64,000 bases of DNA. Origin: Lytechinus pictus (taxonomy: Eukaryota). Below the pieces are notes generated by a model. That model was given only the letters and a program-made list of their open reading frames with translations. It was not told the DNA's origin and did not search any database. Both the position numbers and the translations under genes were made by a program. The DNA lies in NCBI RefSeq assembly GCF_037042905.1, contig NC_087252.1, forward strand, positions 21,268,001-21,332,000, in the 5' to 3' direction. Shown here in pieces: positions 23,133-35,694 of this stretch; position 1 is the first letter of the stretch, and every line of letters begins with the position of its first letter.

Positions 23133-23567
23133 ATGGCTGTTGCTGCAGTTGGCAGAGGAATGGGGAGGAGAGAATTAAAGAATCTGGAAAAGGAAGAATG
23201 GTGTCGTCATTACGCAGATAAGATTAGAGGGAAGCATAGTGGGGCAGAGGGGGACCCAATATCTCAGTGTTGGATTTTCCATGGGAGGAGCAAGACAGGC
23301 TCCAAATATAAGTGTATGGATGTGACAATACCAGGGATAGGCAAGACTGTGCGCGCAGCACACAGGGTGGCCTATATGACCAGTATTGCCAGGTCTTGGT
23401 CCTTGCCATCTGAGCTTGAAGTGTCCCATTTGTGTTGTGAGCCTGCCTGCGTTAGACCAGCACATTTGGTACTTGAAAGCCATGAGGAAAACATATCTCG
23501 ACGGAATTGCAATTCTTTGCAAAGATGTCTTGGGCACGGAACCAGACCATTATGTATCTTTAATTAA
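23133..23567 (+). CDS. His-Me finger endonuclease, copy 5
   Basis: Identical translation. Confidence 0.88.
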   Translation: MAVAAVGRGMGRRELKNLEKEEWCRHYADKIRGKHSGAEGDPISQCWIFHGRSKTGSKYKCMDVTIPGIGKTVRAAHRVAYMTSIARSWSLPSELEVSHLCCEPACVRPAHLVLESHEENISRRNCNSLQRCLGHGTRPLCIFN

Positions 23568-23883
23568 AGTTTGATCCATAAAAGTTAGTATTGCTCCTCC
23601 CTTATTTGACTAGGTCCCCCAGCCCAATGAGGTAGGCTTATTATGGTAGGCTACAACTTTTAGGAATAACTTTGATTTATTTGTTACAATTAGTACAACT
23701 TCAATTCTTCATGTGTTTATAGGCCTGATCTAAATCTAGACCTAATTGACTGTGGGCTAGATAATAAGTTGATGCCAAATAAGAGTTAGAGTTAGTCTCC
23801 ATGGTCTAAATTTAGCCTGCCCATTAGAATGTAGACCATGTCTATATTCTTAGCAGAATTATTGCCTGTAAAAAAGGGAGAGT

Positions 23884-25908
23884 CTAATCACTGTCAGTAT
23901 CACTCTCACTTACAGTGTTCAACAGGGTTCTATCATAGTTATGATCTACATAGATATGATTATGGTCTTGTTCCAACTGTCCTTTCATATAGCATTCTTT
24001 CGAGTTTATGTCCATTCGCTTCCTTTCGTATAGTCTAAACTTATACAGGCGATGAAGAGCTCTTGCATGCTTGACTTTAATCATCTTTGATCTGGCCCTC
24101 CAATAATCCCGTCTTTTCTGCATCTCTTTCAGTCTCTTCACGACTCTGGGACTCCGAGACAATCGAACCTTTGCTGCTGCAGTCTTGGAGAGGATGGATG
24201 CCCCTGCTCCGTTATTGGTCAAGCTGATAGCAGAATGATCTCTACCTGCATAGTTCCTGGTAAAGGTTTTAGTCTGCTTTGGCTGGGTGGTGTTAAATGC
24301 ACTGTTCATTGACTCACATTTCTGGGTTGTGCTGAGAAGCCTTGATTTTGTTACAGTAGATGGTTTCAGACGATGCATAATAACAGTCTCTATTCGTTGT
24401 CGATCAAGTTTTGTGAAACATGTTGTTTGTCTAACTCTGAGACTGGAGTAGAAAAATTCAAAGTTACCTCTGCACACATTACTATTTATATGACACAATT
24501 CATGATTTCCAGTGAAGCAGAGAAGGATAGCTGGCACACACTTGCCAAAATCCACTTTTGATATGTCACCTCTTTTCATTTTTGCTGCTTCCATTTCAGC
24601 CTGAATGCGGTATGCAATGTCATCAGCAAAATTCCTCTGCAGTTTGTGCCGCCCTGTGACATACTTTGCTGGAAAAGCCTGCTTGCTGAGTTGAATTTTA
24701 CCAAGCCTTCGTGCCAAGCCTCGGTTCAGGTGAGTGCTACACAGAAGTGACTCTGGGTCTATATTTGCTCTTTCTTTCATTACTTTCCTTACCCCTCTTG
24801 CGAAGTGACCATCGCTATCTGTAGTTACTGCCCCCAACGTTATGCTTTCTGATCCCTCAAGTAGCATCTCAGCACACCGCTCTCCTCCAACCTCCTCATC
24901 TCCAATGTTTGCAGAGAGTGGTATAGTTGCAGTGCACTTTCCATGATTGGGGCATACAGGCTTCTTTCCCTCCCTGATAAGCCTTTGCCCGTGCCGACAC
25001 AGCTTATTTGTTCCATTATATGCTATGATGTACTTTTCATGGGTAACATTTTCAGCTACTGTGTCCCTAGACTGACTTGCTGGGGCAAAAGGGGTCCTCC
25101 GTCGGGCATGGCTTAATGGGGTATTGTATTGGCGATCAATTTCAATGTTTATGGGAGTATCCCTTGCCATTCCCCTGCATTCAAGTATATCCTTCACTTT
25201 TTTCTTTTTTCTGTCCATGTCACTTTTGTTTTCTGCCATCATGATTTGTCCACACGTGTTAGCACTTCTCTGAAGGGAGCTCATTGTAGGGGCAGGGGTA
25301 TTCATAGAGGTAAGCATCCTTGTTACAGCTGCACCAGCAATGTTTGTTTGATAAAGCCCAACTTGGAGCGCCATGTTTGGTACAGCCACCTTCCTCCCTG
25401 GCCTGTTGCTTTCAATCTCCTTGTATAGTTTTTGGCTGGTGCTCTTGAAATTGCAATTGGTACACTGGAACTGCTCACTTACTGCTAGTCCTCTAATATT
25501 TTCACCTTTCTCACTTATCAACAGATTGGGAGCAAGACAAGAATGACTACTGGCTTGATGTTGACTGATCACTTTATTGAAACACTCTGCCAATTTCTCC
25601 ATGTCCACAAAGCGATTACCAGTGACATTCCCAGATAAAGATGTTGGCTCTGTGAACTCTTGAACAGGTAAACTTTCTTCCACTTTGGGGCGAAGAAGCA
25701 TTACTGTCTTAACTTGTGTCTCAATGTTGCCTGTCAGTTGATCACCAAGGACTGAAGTTGTTCTTTCCATATCATTGTTTGTCAGTCGCACATAACTGGT
25801 AGACTTCAGCAGTTGCCTTTCACATGACTGGCCTTTATTCCAGGGTTGGTTGTTAACTTTAAAATGTGTCCTTTTCCTTTTATTATATGAATCTTTCTTC
25901 CTACCCAT
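23884..25908 (-). CDS. DDE transposase, copy 7
   Basis: Identical translation. Confidence 0.88.
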   Translation of the reverse strand: MGRKKDSYNKRKRTHFKVNNQPWNKGQSCERQLLKSTSYVRLTNNDMERTTSVLGDQLTGNIETQVKTVMLLRPKVEESLPVQEFTEPTSLSGNVTGNRFVDMEKLAECFNKVISQHQASSHSCLAPNLLISEKGENIRGLAVSEQFQCTNCNFKSTSQKLYKEIESNRPGRKVAVPNMALQVGLYQTNIAGAAVTRMLTSMNTPAPTMSSLQRSANTCGQIMMAENKSDMDRKKKKVKDILECRGMARDTPINIEIDRQYNTPLSHARRRTPFAPASQSRDTVAENVTHEKYIIAYNGTNKLCRHGQRLIREGKKPVCPNHGKCTATIPLSANIGDEEVGGERCAEMLLEGSESITLGAVTTDSDGHFARGVRKVMKERANIDPESLLCSTHLNRGLARRLGKIQLSKQAFPAKYVTGRHKLQRNFADDIAYRIQAEMEAAKMKRGDISKVDFGKCVPAILLCFTGNHELCHINSNVCRGNFEFFYSSLRVRQTTCFTKLDRQRIETVIMHRLKPSTVTKSRLLSTTQKCESMNSAFNTTQPKQTKTFTRNYAGRDHSAISLTNNGAGASILSKTAAAKVRLSRSPRVVKRLKEMQKRRDYWRARSKMIKVKHARALHRLYKFRLYERKRMDINSKECYMKGQLEQDHNHIYVDHNYDRTLLNTVSESDTDSD

Positions 25909-26790
25909 CTTGACTGAATTTGCTTTACTGTTGGGTGACAAGAACCACTGAGTAGTGTGTTTATATGAGATGCATCATACCCCCATCTCTTTCTCTCTCA
26001 CACTCACTTAATTGAGCTCTTCTTGTGATTGGTTGAAGGGTATAGTTTATTTGCACTCTTGTATGCATCAGTGAGTTCATACTATACTTGCTTTGTTCTG
26101 TTCTACCACAAATTAAACCTGATTATCACATTAGAAATCCAAATTTATGATGTTCAAATTTCTGCAATAGACCTGCACAGCCACCATGCAATGTATCTCT
26201 ATCTATTCCTTCCATCCATCCATCCATCCATCCATCCAGTTTCATCCCACCCCCCCCCCCCCTCTCTCACCCCATCCCCTCTTTCTCCTCAATATGGTAT
26301 TAATATTTAATACTCTCTCTCTCTTTATCTCATATATCTTCCTCATTCTCTCTCCATATTAATGTAATGCTCATTAACTCTCCATATTGATATAATGCTC
26401 ATTAACTGCAAAAGAAAAGACAAATGTTTAAAGTATGCATACAGTACACATTGCTTTATTGTTTTCTTATTATTCATCTGAAAATTATTTAAGTATGATG
26501 AAGGACATTGCCTTGGGTCATCTAGCACCCGGTTATGATCAGAAATTGTGCATCTTTATACCTCCATGTTGCTAAGTGTATCTGCTTGTACATTGCATTC
26601 ATTTATGGGGATACAGTAAGGATTGTGTAAAATACATATAAACATGTACATTTATGGGTTCCATTAAATGAGTCATTACCAAATACATTTGAATTATTGG
26701 TGCAATTTTTTGTTATAATGTGAGTATGGAGGTGTAAAGGAATAGCAAGGAGGCTGAAATAATGAAAAAAAAGTACACATGAGACATTAC

Positions 26791-27255
26791 AGGCCGCACG
26801 GGCCTATTAACATTGGGAAAGCAAGAGATATTCATTCGAGCCAACCCATTGCTATTTTTTTAATTTTGATATGGCTGATTGACAAAGTGTATGCATATGA
26901 TTGTCCATCTAACACTGATTCTATTTTTGGTAATTACTGAACTTCCTTTTCCCAAATTGGGAAGAAATATCACCAATTTTGGACTATATTCTGACTGGCG
27001 GAAGGATTAGGGCTATTTTGCTGTTTGAGGTGATGAATCTGCTCCCCCCGACGGTGTCTTCAAACACGCCAATTTATTTTTAAAATGAGCCGGTCGAGGG
27101 ACCCTTTTCTGGTCAGATATGGATTGCCAGATAAATATCCTATCCACTGGTAGTAAACATTCGACCCCCGAATTTCATCCTTATTTTTTATGAATTTTTC
27201 AAAGTGCCAATTTAACACACGAGTCTATGGGGAATGAGTTAGGCCTGTGGTACCT
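26791..27255. repeat. 465-bp LTDR, copy 6
   Basis: Same termini and sequence as copy 3. Confidence 0.75.
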
Positions 27256-27595
27256 ATAGCCAAAATAGGGGAAAATCTCAGTTTTCAGTAAGTCGATGAA
27301 ATACGTACTAAAACTTGTCAAAAATACTTATTTTTCACTAATATCCACATTTCAATCATCAGGAGATGCAGTAAAGTGGGAGAATTGGGCTAAGCAGGCG
27401 GTAAGCAGGTAAGTAACTAAGCTTCTATGTATATAGCCTAACTTAGGGCCTTAGCCTAACTTGTGTGTACATAACTTCATCCACATCTACCGACGATTAC
27501 CGGTACCGGTATGCAGCTGTGCTGTGCTACACTAATTAACGTTAGTTTGATCGCTACCACTGTATACTGAGTTAGATACGGTATATTGAGTGATT

Positions 27596-28030
27596 ATGGC
27601 TGTTGCTGCAGTTGGCAGAGGAATGGGGAGGAGAGAATTAAAGAATCTGGAAAAGGAAGAATGGTGTCGTCATTACGCAGATAAGATTAGAGGGAAGCAT
27701 AGTGGGGCAGAGGGGGACCCAATATCTCAGTGTTGGATTTTCCATGGGAGGAGCAAGACAGGCTCCAAATATAAGTGTATGGATGTGACAATACCAGGGA
27801 TAGGCAAGACTGTGCGCGCAGCACACAGGGTGGCCTATATGACCAGTATTGCCAGGTCTTGGTCCTTGCCATCTGAGCTTGAAGTGTCCCATTTGTGTTG
27901 TGAGCCTGCCTGCGTTAGACCAGCACATTTGGTACTTGAAAGCCATGAGGAAAACATATCTCGACGGAATTGCAATTCTTTGCAAAGATGTCTTGGGCAC
28001 GGAACCAGACCATTATGTATCTTTAATTAA
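27596..28030 (+). CDS. His-Me finger endonuclease, copy 6
   Basis: Identical translation. Confidence 0.88.
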   Translation: MAVAAVGRGMGRRELKNLEKEEWCRHYADKIRGKHSGAEGDPISQCWIFHGRSKTGSKYKCMDVTIPGIGKTVRAAHRVAYMTSIARSWSLPSELEVSHLCCEPACVRPAHLVLESHEENISRRNCNSLQRCLGHGTRPLCIFN

Positions 28031-28346
28031 AGTTTGATCCATAAAAGTTAGTATTGCTCCTCCCTTATTTGACTAGGTCCCCCAGCCCAATGAGGTAGGC
28101 TTATTATGGTAGGCTACAACTTTTAGGAATAACTTTGATTTATTTGTTACAATTAGTACAACTTCAATTCTTCATGTGTTTATAGGCCTGATCTAAATCT
28201 AGACCTAATTGACTGTGGGCTAGATAATAAGTTGATGCCAAATAAGAGTTAGAGTTAGTCTCCATGGTCTAAATTTAGCCTGCCCATTAGAATGTAGACC
28301 ATGTCTATATTCTTAGCAGAATTATTGCCTGTAAAAAAGGGAGAGT

Positions 28347-30371
28347 CTAATCACTGTCAGTATCACTCTCACTTACAGTGTTCAACAGGGTTCTATCATA
28401 GTTATGATCTACATAGATATGATTATGGTCTTGTTCCAACTGTCCTTTCATATAGCATTCTTTCGAGTTTATGTCCATTCGCTTCCTTTCGTATAGTCTA
28501 AACTTATACAGGCGATGAAGAGCTCTTGCATGCTTGACTTTAATCATCTTTGATCTGGCCCTCCAATAATCCCGTCTTTTCTGCATCTCTTTCAGTCTCT
28601 TCACGACTCTGGGACTCCGAGACAATCGAACCTTTGCTGCTGCAGTCTTGGAGAGGATGGATGCCCCTGCTCCGTTATTGGTCAAGCTGATAGCAGAATG
28701 ATCTCTACCTGCATAGTTCCTGGTAAAGGTTTTAGTCTGCTTTGGCTGGGTGGTGTTAAATGCACTGTTCATTGACTCACATTTCTGGGTTGTGCTGAGA
28801 AGCCTTGATTTTGTTACAGTAGATGGTTTCAGACGATGCATAATAACAGTCTCTATTCGTTGTCGATCAAGTTTTGTGAAACATGTTGTTTGTCTAACTC
28901 TGAGACTGGAGTAGAAAAATTCAAAGTTACCTCTGCACACATTACTATTTATATGACACAATTCATGATTTCCAGTGAAGCAGAGAAGGATAGCTGGCAC
29001 ACACTTGCCAAAATCCACTTTTGATATGTCACCTCTTTTCATTTTTGCTGCTTCCATTTCAGCCTGAATGCGGTATGCAATGTCATCAGCAAAATTCCTC
29101 TGCAGTTTGTGCCGCCCTGTGACATACTTTGCTGGAAAAGCCTGCTTGCTGAGTTGAATTTTACCAAGCCTTCGTGCCAAGCCTCGGTTCAGGTGAGTGC
29201 TACACAGAAGTGACTCTGGGTCTATATTTGCTCTTTCTTTCATTACTTTCCTTACCCCTCTTGCGAAGTGACCATCGCTATCTGTAGTTACTGCCCCCAA
29301 CGTTATGCTTTCTGATCCCTCAAGTAGCATCTCAGCACACCGCTCTCCTCCAACCTCCTCATCTCCAATGTTTGCAGAGAGTGGTATAGTTGCAGTGCAC
29401 TTTCCATGATTGGGGCATACAGGCTTCTTTCCCTCCCTGATAAGCCTTTGCCCGTGCCGACACAGCTTATTTGTTCCATTATATGCTATGATGTACTTTT
29501 CATGGGTAACATTTTCAGCTACTGTGTCCCTAGACTGACTTGCTGGGGCAAAAGGGGTCCTCCGTCGGGCATGGCTTAATGGGGTATTGTATTGGCGATC
29601 AATTTCAATGTTTATGGGAGTATCCCTTGCCATTCCCCTGCATTCAAGTATATCCTTCACTTTTTTCTTTTTTCTGTCCATGTCACTTTTGTTTTCTGCC
29701 ATCATGATTTGTCCACACGTGTTAGCACTTCTCTGAAGGGAGCTCATTGTAGGGGCAGGGGTATTCATAGAGGTAAGCATCCTTGTTACAGCTGCACCAG
29801 CAATGTTTGTTTGATAAAGCCCAACTTGGAGCGCCATGTTTGGTACAGCCACCTTCCTCCCTGGCCTGTTGCTTTCAATCTCCTTGTATAGTTTTTGGCT
29901 GGTGCTCTTGAAATTGCAATTGGTACACTGGAACTACTCACTTACTGCTAGTCCTCTAATATTTTCACCTTTCTCACTTATCAACAGATTGGGAGCAAGA
30001 CAAGAATGACTACTGGCTTGATGTTGACTGATCACTTTATTGAAACACTCTGCCAATTTCTCCATGTCCACAAAGCGATTACCAGTGACATTCCCAGATA
30101 AAGATGTTGGCTCTGTGAACTCTTGAACAGGTAAACTTTCTTCCACTTTGGGGCGAAGAAGCATTACTGTCTTAACTTGTGTCTCAATGTTGCCTGTCAG
30201 TTGATCACCAAGGACTGAAGTTGTTCTTTCCATATCATTGTTTGTCAGTCGCACATAACTGGTAGACTTCAGCAGTTGCCTTTCACATGACTGGCCTTTA
30301 TTCCAGGGTTGGTTGTTAACTTTAAAATGTGTCCTTTTCCTTTTATTATATGAATCTTTCTTCCTACCCAT
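28347..30371 (-). pseudogene. Transposase copy 8 with a premature stop
   Basis: G>A at 29936 (GAACTACTCA vs GAACTGCTCA) turns CAG into TAG, splitting the ORF into the 156-aa and 501-aa pieces in the track. Confidence 0.8.
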
Positions 30372-31253
30372 CTTGACTGAATTTGCTTTACTGTTGGGTG
30401 ACAAGAACCACTGAGTAGTGTGTTTATATGAGATGCATCATACCCCCATCTCTTTCTCTCTCACACTCACTTAATTGAGCTCTTCTTGTGATTGGTTGAA
30501 GGGTATAGTTTATTTGCACTCTTGTATGCATCAGTGAGTTCATACTATACTTGCTTTGTTCTGTTCTACCACAAATTAAACCTGATTATCACATTAGAAA
30601 TCCAAATTTATGATGTTCAAATTTCTGCAATAGACCTGCACAGCCACCATGCAATGTATCTCTATCTATTCCTTCCATCCATCCATCCATCCATCCATCC
30701 AGTTTCATCCCACCCCCCCCCCCCCTCTCTCACCCCATCCCCTCTTTCTCCTCAATATGGTATTAATATTTAATACTCTCTCTCTCTTTATCTCATATAT
30801 CTTCCTCATTCTCTCTCCATATTAATGTAATGCTCATTAACTCTCCATATTGATATAATGCTCATTAACTGCAAAAGAAAAGACAAATGTTTAAAGTATG
30901 CATACAGTACACATTGCTTTATTGTTTTCTTATTATTCATCTGAAAATTATTTAAGTATGATGAAGGACATTGCCTTGGGTCATCTAGCACCCGGTTATG
31001 ATCAGAAATTGTGCATCTTTATACCTCCATGTTGCTAAGTGTATCTGCTTGTACATTGCATTCATTTATGGGGATACAGTAAGGATTGTGTAAAATACAT
31101 ATAAACATGTACATTTATGGGTTCCATTAAATGAGTCATTACCAAATACATTTGAATTATTGGTGCAATTTTTTGTTATAATGTGAGTATGGAGGTGTAA
31201 AGGAATAGCAAGGAGGCTGAAATAATGAAAAAAAAGTACACATGAGACATTAC

Positions 31254-31718
31254 AGGCCGCACGGGCCTATTAACATTGGGAAAGCAAGAGATATTCATTC
31301 GAGCCAACCCATTGCTATTTTTTTAATTTTGATATGGCTGATTGACAAAGTGTATGCATATGATTGTCCATCTAACACTGATTCTATTTTTGGTAATTAC
31401 TGAACTTCCTTTTCCCAAATTGGGAAGAAATATCACCAATTTTGGACTATATTCTGACTGGCGGAAGGATTAGGGCTATTTTGCTGTTTGAGGTGATGAA
31501 TCTGCTCCCCCCGACGGTGTCTTCAAACACGCCAATTTATTTTTAAAATGAGCCGGTCGAGGGACCCTTTTCTGGTCAGATATGGATTGCCAGATAAATA
31601 TCCTATCCACTGGTAGTAAACATTCGACCCCCGAATTTCATCCTTATTTTTTATGAATTTTTCAAAGTGCCAATTTAACACACGAGTCTATGGGGAATGA
31701 GTTAGGCCTGTGGTACCT
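31254..31718. repeat. 465-bp LTDR, terminal copy; defines the right end of the array
   Basis: Identity with internal copies ends exactly at CCT 31718. The first 16 nt match the reverse complement of the last 16 nt at 12/16 positions (AGGnnnCACnGGCCTA). Confidence 0.85.
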
Positions 31719-32649
31719 GCGGTTCTCCTAAATCATAGTGGACGTGTACGTGAGTGACGTCATTTTGACCGTTCAAGCCCAGCATGAAGATCAACCTTTC
31801 CCTTTTGAAACACAGTTTTCAGTGACTTTTCACAAAATAAATGTAAGTTGTGCGATGCACTATGTTTATCATAATTGGAATTGCTTTCTGACCTCCAAAA
31901 TTTATATCGATATATATCCTAACTCGAGTAAAAACGAATCAAATCAAGTGAAAGGGCACGTGTGCACAAGTTGCACCTTCGCATCACCCGACCGGGTCGC
32001 CAGGCGATGGTGCGCCAGATCTTCCGGGTCGGGCAGCGTGTCATGACCCGCTGGTTATCGCGCTGTTTCAAGTGGACGTCCGTACACGTACAAGTGAACA
32101 AGGGCAGACGACGACGTTCACTCGAACGATCAGAGGACTGCTACGTCGATCACGTTCACTGCTCCTATGTATCACTTCAAAACCCTACTCAAAACCTTCT
32201 TGTTTGATAGATAATTCACAGTTGTCGGTTGGTCAATAATTTTTGGAGGTTCACACCAGTTTTGATTATTTATAATAGTATTAGTTGCATTAGCTGTGTA
32301 ATTTCCCCCTTCCACATTTTCTTCTTTAATTTCTTTTAATCCCAAGTATAAACCATAAACAGAACACGGTGCGCTTAGAAACACCCGTAGTTAGCGCCTT
32401 ATAAAAGATATATTATTATTATTATTTTTATTATTATTATTAATTGTTGATGTGAATCTTTATTGTACAATATTAAAGTCGATTAAAAAATATTGAATAT
32501 ATCGAACTATACAAATTGATATCAGTGAAAAACGTTTTGTCACAAACACAAACCTTGTGTATGAATGAACTTTCAGATTTTTTTCTCTTTCCAAAACGGA
32601 GTTCGACAAACAATATAAACATTTGCAGTGTATGGAACGATGACTAGGA

Positions 32650-32832
32650 GGGAAAAACACCCATAAATTTATGAACGAAAAGAGGAAAAATCATGGTATT
32701 TTGAAAAATAGATGCTTTAAAGTGAAAAGAAAAAAAGAAAAAAATAAATAAGAGTTCAGTTTTAAGAAGTTTTTTAAAAGGAAACATATAGTATTGGTAG
32801 GAAGAGGCTAAAAAAGAAGGTACAGAAAAAAA
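32650..32832. repeat. Dispersed repeat fragment (inverted copy at ~57715-57890)
   Basis: AAAAAGAAGGTACAGAAAAAA and its upstream sequence match the reverse complement of 57715-57890. Confidence 0.55.
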
Positions 32833-33016
32833 ACTACCCCTGACGAATCGAGGCTTCATTCTCACCGCAAGAAATAGGCCTACCAAAGCCGTAGGCCTAT
32901 AGCGACGACCTTTTGCGAGAAACTTATGTAATGGCATTTTTTTACGTCGTTACCATGACAACACAGTGTCTGACAAACTCGATATTTTTCTACAGCATGA
33001 AACACAGGGAGATTCA

Positions 33017-33470
33017 CATTGTGATCACACTGTGAACATACTGTGATCTACACTGTGAACACGCTGTGACCTACACTGTGAACACGCTGTGATCTACTCT
33101 GTGAACACACTGTGACCTACTCTGTGAACATGCTGTGATCTACACTGTAAACACGCTGTGATCTACTTTGTGAACACACTGTGATCTACACTGTGAACAC
33201 GCTGTGATCTACACTGTGAACACGCTGTGATCTACACTGTGAACACACTGTGATCAACACTGTGATCTACAGTGTGAACAAAAGTGATCTACACTGTGAA
33301 TGTGATCTGCACTGTGAACACACTGTGATCTGCACTGTAAACACAAACTGTGATCTGCACTGTGAACACACTTTGATCTGCACTGTGAACACACTGTGGT
33401 CTGCACTGTGTACACACCGTGATTTACACTGTGACCTAAAATATGTGAACACACTGATCTACACTGTGTG
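33017..33470. repeat. Minisatellite, ~23-bp unit TGTGATCTACACTGTGAACACRC
   Basis: About 19 degenerate tandem copies are directly visible. Confidence 0.9.
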
Positions 33471-33889
33471 TTTCTAACTGGGATTATCTCCTTGAAAAGA
33501 CATGGAGTTGTCAGCTTTATTATATATGATAATGCACTGCCAAAAGCACATTTATTACTAGTAATTGTATCATTCCATTCAATATCTTGAAACTGTGTTT
33601 TGTAACTATTCAATACAAATGAAGTGTTAAATAAACCGATGCCAATTAGCAACCGTGAGAGGTTTAATGGACTTTTTATAAGAAAAGATTAAACAAGTAT
33701 CACTAAGTAAAATCAAACACTTTTCATTCAAATTTAACAGAGATCAGACTTTGAATCCATGCCACCAAATATCGAAACTGAAATGTCGCCCTCTGGAGGT
33801 AATGCTATGTTCGATTTTATATTAGGCCAGTGTATCGTCATCTATCTCGAAATATTATTTTCCGAGGGCACAAGAAAAAGGAAAGAAAG

Positions 33890-34390
33890 AACAAGAGAGT
33901 TTGGATGAGTGTCTTTAGTGCCAAGAACCGATACTCTTAGATAAGACTTAAGTTTCGACTTGGAAGTCCATAATGGAGATATAATTCTTAACTTTAATGA
34001 TAAATTCAGTTCCAAAGAGAAGGAGCTGCGGCATGTGAAAGAGAAAGGTCGTTCACCATAGACTACTTGTGTTTTGGGGTATTTAGAAGAACGTGGTGTG
34101 ATTTTCTCAGGCTACGATCTGGTGTATAAATATAAGGAATTACAAAGTCTTGTAAATATTTTGGTGCTATACAATTCAAAACTTTCCTAGTGAGAAGAAG
34201 TGTTTCAAATTCTATTCGCTTCCGGAATGGCAAACAATGTAACTTCTGAAGAACTGGAGATATGCGTTGATAATTAGATGTTCCAGTCAAAACCTTGGCA
34301 GCTAAATTCTGAGCATATTGAAGTTTATTGAGATTGCATGAGGTTATATAGAAAAGAGGAGCATTCTCAATATCCAAATGAGATAGAATA
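33890..34390 (-). mobile_element. Degenerate 3' fragment of an L2/CR1-group LINE ORF2
   Basis: LNKLQYAQNLAAKVLT...ISPVLQKLHCLPFRKRIEFETLLL...APKYLQ...YTPDRSLR parallels the post-RT region at 36730-37317. Confidence 0.8.
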
Positions 34391-34619
34391 AATGAATGTA
34401 TAATTATAGCAGCAGATCAGGTTTGTGATGCCAAAAAAGAGTACAAGATTCACAATATATTAGCCTTGATAATTAAGAGTGTACAGAAAGGAATAACCAT
34501 AGATCGACAACAGTCCTTAAAATTTCCCCTTTTCAGTCCTTAAAATTGCCCCTTTTCAGGCCATATCAATGATTTCAGCACGCGCTTCGTAGTCGCAAAA
34601 TTTATTTTTCCATCTCTTT

Positions 34620-34940
34620 CTACTTTGCTTCCACACGCCTTTCCTTTCTTTTCTTTCTTTCTTTCTTTCTCTCTCTCTTTATTTATTTTTTTCTTTCTTT
34701 TATTTGTTTCTCTTTCTTTCTTTTTTCTTTTTATATTTCTTTCTTTCTTTCATTTCCTTTCCTTTCCTTTCCTTCTTACATTTCGTTTCCTTTCTTTACT
34801 CTATTCCTTTCTTTTCATATCTCTTACCTTTTCCACTATCCTTTCTGTACTTTCTTTCTGTCATGCCGTTCATTTATTTTCTCTTCTCTCGTTCCTTCAT
34901 TTCTTCCCCTCCATTTCTTTTTCCTTTTCTTCATTTGTGT
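34620..34940. repeat. CT-rich low-complexity tract
   Basis: (CTTT)n/(CT)n-like polypyrimidine run. Confidence 0.85.
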
Positions 34941-35694
34941 CTTACCTAGGGGAAGGGTAGCGCTCACACCCCCCCCCCCCTGTGCTAATGCCCTTCCTGA
35001 TTACATATCGTTGACATCATTTAAGGTCTATAAACACTTTTTTGTTGCAAACACTTGATTTTAGTTTTTAAATACCTCCCCACTTTTAAAATGTAAATCA
35101 AGCTCCGTAAATTTTGTTGAAATAACGATCTATATAATTAGGGTTGCGTAACTGTAGCTTAACACAAGGACATAAGAAATCTTACGTTAAAACAATAATA
35201 CATAAATCATTATTTAAACAAGTATTTTACAAGAACGAATAGTATTTAACAAAATGTTGTGCGTATTGTTTAATATTCATGCTGTTCTATCATGTACTTT
35301 AACCCCACAATTTCCAAATAGGCCCATTATTCAAACTGTTACACAACCTTGGTTGGTTAGGGTTTAACTAACTGTTTCCTTAGTGCATTCTTGGTTGCAT
35401 AAAGTTGATTTAAAAATTGCGTAAAAATTTGTTAGAATCATTATCAATGGTGAATGATATCACTGACAATAATGATGTGTAGAAAAACTATGGATTATTT
35501 GCCTGATTCTCAGTATGCAGGCTCTGCTAACGAAGACACATGTTTAACCTTATGTGGTGTTGCAAGAAAATATTTGCAATATTGCAAATCTATTTTGCAA
35601 AATTCCAATTGATAGATCAACTTTAACTTACTAAATCGATTCGAACTTCTTGTTTCAAGAATTAGACCCTTATTCGAATGAAAATTTGCAATTA

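Larger units (their letters stand above)
1..31718 (-). mobile_element. Tandem array of a ~4.46-kb Kolobok-like (KolobokP-type) DNA transposon: long direct repeat + His-Me finger nuclease + DDE transposase; left end outside window
   Basis: Unit period is 4460-4463 bp (nuclease ORFs at 3469, 7929, 14205, 18666, 23127, 27590) with near-identical units. Similarity stops abruptly after ...GGCCTGTGGTACCT at 31718 (internal copies continue ATAGCC, the last continues GCGGTT). Family assignment rests on protein motifs and architecture, not a database search. Confidence 0.88.

Noticed and set aside
33017..33470. CRISPR-like appearance and Cys/His-rich ORFs
   Set aside because: Contiguous minisatellite without unique spacers, in a eukaryotic context with no cas genes.
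34625..34960. Phe/Leu/Ser-rich 'membrane protein' ORFs
   Set aside because: Translation of a CT-rich low-complexity tract.
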